From Centroscyllium fabricii (taxonomy: Eukaryota), in assembly GCA_051313645.2 (NCBI GenBank), contig JBNRSN020000007.1, positions 138,942,001 to 139,006,000 of the forward strand: DNA of 64,000 nucleotides, in the 5' to 3' direction. Positions 60,156 to 64,000 of the stretch are shown here, piece by piece. Under the pieces are notes generated by a model, which did not search any database, was not told where the DNA came from, and saw only the letters and a program-made list of their open reading frames with translations. The translations under genes were made by a program, and so were the position numbers. Every line of letters starts with the position of its first letter. Positions within the stretch are counted from its first letter, which is position 1.

Positions 60156-61346
60156 ATGGGAGGCCTTTTTCCCCTTCCCTTCCTGGCATTAGATGATCTC
60201 CAGCAGCAGCGCCTGCAACAGCAGCAGCAGCCACAGGCTCCTGCTGACCCTCCGAAGGCAGCACAGACCAGAAGGCGCCAGCGCATGGAAGCCCGTCGGC
60301 ATAGGAGATACCCCCCAAACAGGGTCTACAGACTCAGGGTCAGCTACCTCAACATGACTGAGTGGCAGTGCCAAAGGCAGCTCCGACTTTCCCGAGAAGT
60401 AGTGACTGACATCTGTGCAATGCTACAGCAAGCCCTGGAGCGCAGAACACTAGGTAGACACTCCTTACCAGTGACCATCAAAGTCACCACCACACTCAAC
60501 TTTTTTGCCTCAGGCTCATTCCAGGGATCATCAGCGGCATTTCCCAGTCGGCCGTGCACACTTGCATCACGCAGGTAACCGATGCCCTCTTTGCCCTCGT
60601 GCACAATCACATCCATTTCACCAGGGATCACGCAAGTGTGAGGGCGCGAGCGATTGGAATAGCTCGTCTGGCATGCTTTCCAAGGGTGTAGGGCATCATT
60701 GACTGCACACGTGGCCCTTAGGGCACCCCTTCACAACCCAGGTGTTTTTGTCAACTGCAAGGATTTCCACTCCCTCAATGTTCAGCTGGTGTGTGACCAC
60801 AAGAAGGAGATTTTGCATGTTTGTGCCAAGTACCCTGGCAGTTGCCATGACTCCTTCATACTGCACCAGTCAACTGTACCTCCGCTCTTCAGTCCACCAG
60901 ACAAACTTCAGGGATGGCTACTTGGAGACAAGGGCTATCCCCTCAGGACTTGGCTAATGACGCCGCTGAGGAGGCCAGCCAACGAGGCTGAGGAGCGCTA
61001 CAACTCCAGACACATTTCCACCAGATGCATTATAGAGCACTCCATCGGCTTGCTGAAGATGCGTTTCAGATGCCTGGATAGACCAGGTGGAGCCCTCCAG
61101 TACTCAGCAACCAGGGCCTCAAAAATGGTCGTGGTTTGCTGTGCACTTCATAACATGGCACAGCGTCGTGGCTTGCAGATTCCTGAGGACCAAGTGGCTC
61201 CTCGCATACCCTCCTCAGATGAGGAGGAGGAGGAGGAGGCCGAAAACGAGGAGCCTGCAGGCCGCCATCAACCACCGCCAGCATTACGCGAGAACATTGC
61301 TGCCCGGGAAGCAAGGAACGCAATCATCCTGGCCAGATTTACTTAG
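60156..61346 (+). pseudogene. Harbinger DDE transposase (HARBI1-like family), frameshifted
   Basis: LRLSRE, LNFFASGSFQ, GIIDCT (first D, frameshift right after), [50 protein letters not shown], acidic tail; split over ORFs 60156-60578 and 60699-61346. Confidence 0.93.
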
Positions 61347-61713
61347 CCTACTCAAGGCAACACTTTTGGCTCTCAGCTTCTTAACTGAGCATCGGCAATG
61401 GCAAACACCATGCGGTTTCCTAGCTATTTCTCCATCATCCTGACAATGGCAAGTACTCAGAAGTGTAGGGGGTCGCCTTGTGGAGGTCAAATTTGCCTCC
61501 AAGTTCCCCGAGCGCTTCCACATGCTCCGATGCCCGAGGCTGCAGACACTGCACTTAGTTGCAGGTTTGCGAGACACCAAAAACAATGCCCAACAGGTTG
61601 CCCGCTAGAAAAGTGCTTTTAGGGCAAAGCCATCTGAATTTGTCTGCGCAGCTAACAACTGACTGCTTCCTTAAATGATCCAGAACGTTTCATCCAAGTG
61701 ACTACCCTTATGC

Positions 61714-63648
61714 TTAATAGTGCTTTACTTTCCTACGTAGTGCTTCCCCTGTGGCGTCAACAGATGTGGAGGCCCCTTGCTCACTTTCCTGCTGCTCCTG
61801 TCTCGACACCAATGGCGGCCGTCCTCTGGGGCGGCAAGCCTGTGAGGGCTCGCCAGCAGTCTTCTGCTCCTGCAGCTGTGCAGGGGCTGAGACACCCATC
61901 TCAGTTGGGTGTGGACTCCAGCGGGCCTCTGCCAAGGGCTCTGCAGTGGCATGGAAGTGTGAGCGCATGGAGAGGAGCCCCCACTTCCTGCAGGTGTGCC
62001 ACCAACTTCCCTCTCATGGGTTGGCTCCCCCTCAGCACCTGCAAGTGGCTGGAGAGCACCTTTCTGCACATCAGGGGGGGCCATGGGGACCCGTATCTGC
62101 ACTGGAAGTCCTACTCAGAAGGACTTCCATGAAGGTCTGGGTTCTCTGTTCAATAGCTAACCATCGCTCCTCCAGAGATGTCCGTCTATTCTGAACAGTC
62201 ACCATGTTTTCCTCACTCCGGCGACTTACTGCCTCCATGGCTATAGCCAGCCTTTCCATGGAGGTTGCCGTCCTTTCCGTGTTGCTGCGTTGATGCGCCA
62301 ATGACTCCACAAAGGCTCTGCTCATGGTTGCTACGGACTCCTCCATTCACTCCACACTCGCAGCAACCCTGGAGACCAAACCTGCCAGAGACTCCAACAT
62401 CTGTGCATGGAGTTCCATCACCTCTGATCTTTCGGTTGGACCCAGAGGCAGAGGGCCGACATGCAGCGGAGCTGAGCTGGCAGAGTCCTGCGCCCTCCGA
62501 CTAGGACTCTCCACTGCTGTCCCTGTCTCCACAATCTGCTGAGGCGCGTGAGCTGTGATACACTAGGTGACAACACTACTCTATGTCCTGAAGGTCCCAC
62601 CGAGGTGAGAGTGTACTGAATACTGCTGAAGCTGCGCCCTCAGAGGTAGAAGCTTCCTCTGAGGATTCGGTCTCCTCAGCCTCTTCCTCCTCCACAGTGG
62701 GGACGAGGGGCTCTCAATGGTCCTGTGGGGGAGTAAAGGAAAGAGTTAGAGATATGATGGCAGGGTTACATGCGCATAGCATTTTGCAGATGATCATAAG
62801 TCCATATGACGTAGCCTCAGAATCATTATCTGCGAGTCATGTGATGGCAATGAGAGAGATGGAAAACGATTCTGTCACCAGCTTGCGAGGATGCCTCTGT
62901 CTCTCCTTCTCCCACTTCCACCACCACTGCATCCCCAACTGTCTGGAGGACTCCTTCCTCCCAGGTGGTGAGGTGCACGATGGCGGGTGGGCCTCCTCCG
63001 GTCCTTGCTCTCTCCCGTTTATTGTTAGCTCTCTTTTCCTGCAATGAGGGCGACAAGTGGAGGTTGAGTGAGAATGAAGGAGTGTGTGCAGAGAGTGAAT
63101 AGCATAGATAGTTGGAGGGAGAGAAAGATGGAGTGAGGTTGCAAGGCCAATGGCTCTCCCTGTGTGCTGCGAGTTGTGCTCCAAGCATCAGAGTGAGAGG
63201 GAGTGTGAGGGCTGCATAGTGGAATAGTTAGGTGAATGTGAGCTTAGAGAGAGAGGGATTGGGTAAGGGTGCACGGATGTGATTGTGAAGTGGGATGTGG
63301 AGAAAGAGATTAGTGAAGCTAAGTGCTGGTGAGGGAAGGCGATGGGGATCAGATTGAGGGTGATGAAAACTTCATACTTACTTTTCCAGTCCGATGTAGG
63401 TCATGAAATCTCTTCCTGCACTGGATCCAGGAGCGTGGTGTTAGTCCCAGGGAGCTAACCTGCTCAGCCACCTGCAGTCAAGCAGCCTTGGTCTGAGAGG
63501 GAGGTCTCTTCCTCACTGAGGAGGGGAAGAGAACCTCCCTGTGGGCCCTAGCCCCATCCAGTAATGCCTGTAATGATGCCTCGTCGAATTTGGGTGAGGG
63601 TCGGGCCCTCCCGCTGGCTTCACGTTGCTGTGACATCCTCCTGGACAT
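61714..63648 (-). pseudogene. Harbinger Myb/SANT-like DNA-binding partner, three exons, disabled
   Basis: Exon 1 (about 63648-63382): PKFDEASLQALL...LF...AA*LQVAEQV...RSWIQCRKRFHDL, then GTAAGT. Exon 2 (63038-62879): EKRANNKRERARTGGGPP. Exon 3 starts at 62722 after CCCCACAG and has an acidic then coiled-coil region. The conserved Trp is a TGA at 63478-63480. Confidence 0.85.
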
Positions 63649-64000
63649 TTGCAGAAGCCTCAAGAGTAAGGAAGGCTTGCTGTCTGCATTAAAAGCACCA
63701 GCCACAATGACATCATATTGTGTGACTTTCTGACTGGAAATAGTCGATTGGGAAGGCTTCCCACATGCGGGGAATTAATTGGCCACTTAAGCCAAAATAG
63801 CGTGGGGCTCCCAGGCACTTCAACATTCGGATCAGAAACCTGACCCGCCTGAAACTCGACAATTCCCCGCACTTCCGGGAAAATTTTGGTCACTGTATGT
63901 GAATGTTATTTGAATGTATTAACAAGCGTCATTGTCTCAAACTGATATGATATGAAAGCACAATTGCCCCAAACGTTTCACCTGGTCCCAGCAGCTAGGG

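Larger units (their letters stand above)
59636..63891 (+). mobile_element. Full-length, formerly autonomous PIF/Harbinger transposon (about 4.26 kb), now disabled
   Basis: Imperfect TIR GGGGTAAATTTTC / GAAAATTTTGGTC, flanks ATT/ACT, two convergent genes. The first ~280 bp and last ~130 bp align with the MITE ends. Confidence 0.9.

Noticed and set aside
60156-61346. Host genes HARBI1 or NAIF1/MSANTD
   Set aside because: The ORFs are frameshifted, lie between TIRs and are paired as in a transposon, so they are not domesticated genes.

Overview
Eukaryotic, repeat-dominated DNA, almost certainly from a cartilaginous fish (shark). The SINE/LINE set is diagnostic: HE1-like V-SINEs with HER1/CR1 tails, SacSINE1-like Deu-SINEs, a MER131/Meta-SINE-like family, and CR1, L2 and RTE LINEs. 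I could not identify a host protein-coding gene. The window looks intronic or intergenic, with a few unique stretches carrying minus-strand splice signals. The clearest system is PIF/Harbinger: one full-length but disabled two-gene element (59636-63891: DDE transposase on +, three-exon Myb/SANT partner on -) and nine non-autonomous relatives. Their 3-bp TSDs vary, but their flanks share a palindromic A-N-A-Y[NNN]R-T-N-T consensus, and their interiors carry TGATTGACAG and X-box-like motifs plus a stem-loop. The second notable feature is two Penelope-like repeat families with minimal hammerhead ribozyme motifs that repeatedly form small fold-back insertions. Also present: four solo LTRs with 5-bp TSDs, Tigger/pogo-like and hAT-like MITEs, an RTE with a twin-priming-type 5' inversion, and a 28-bp minisatellite born inside a SINE. 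Family names come from recognising sequence motifs by eye; no database search was run.
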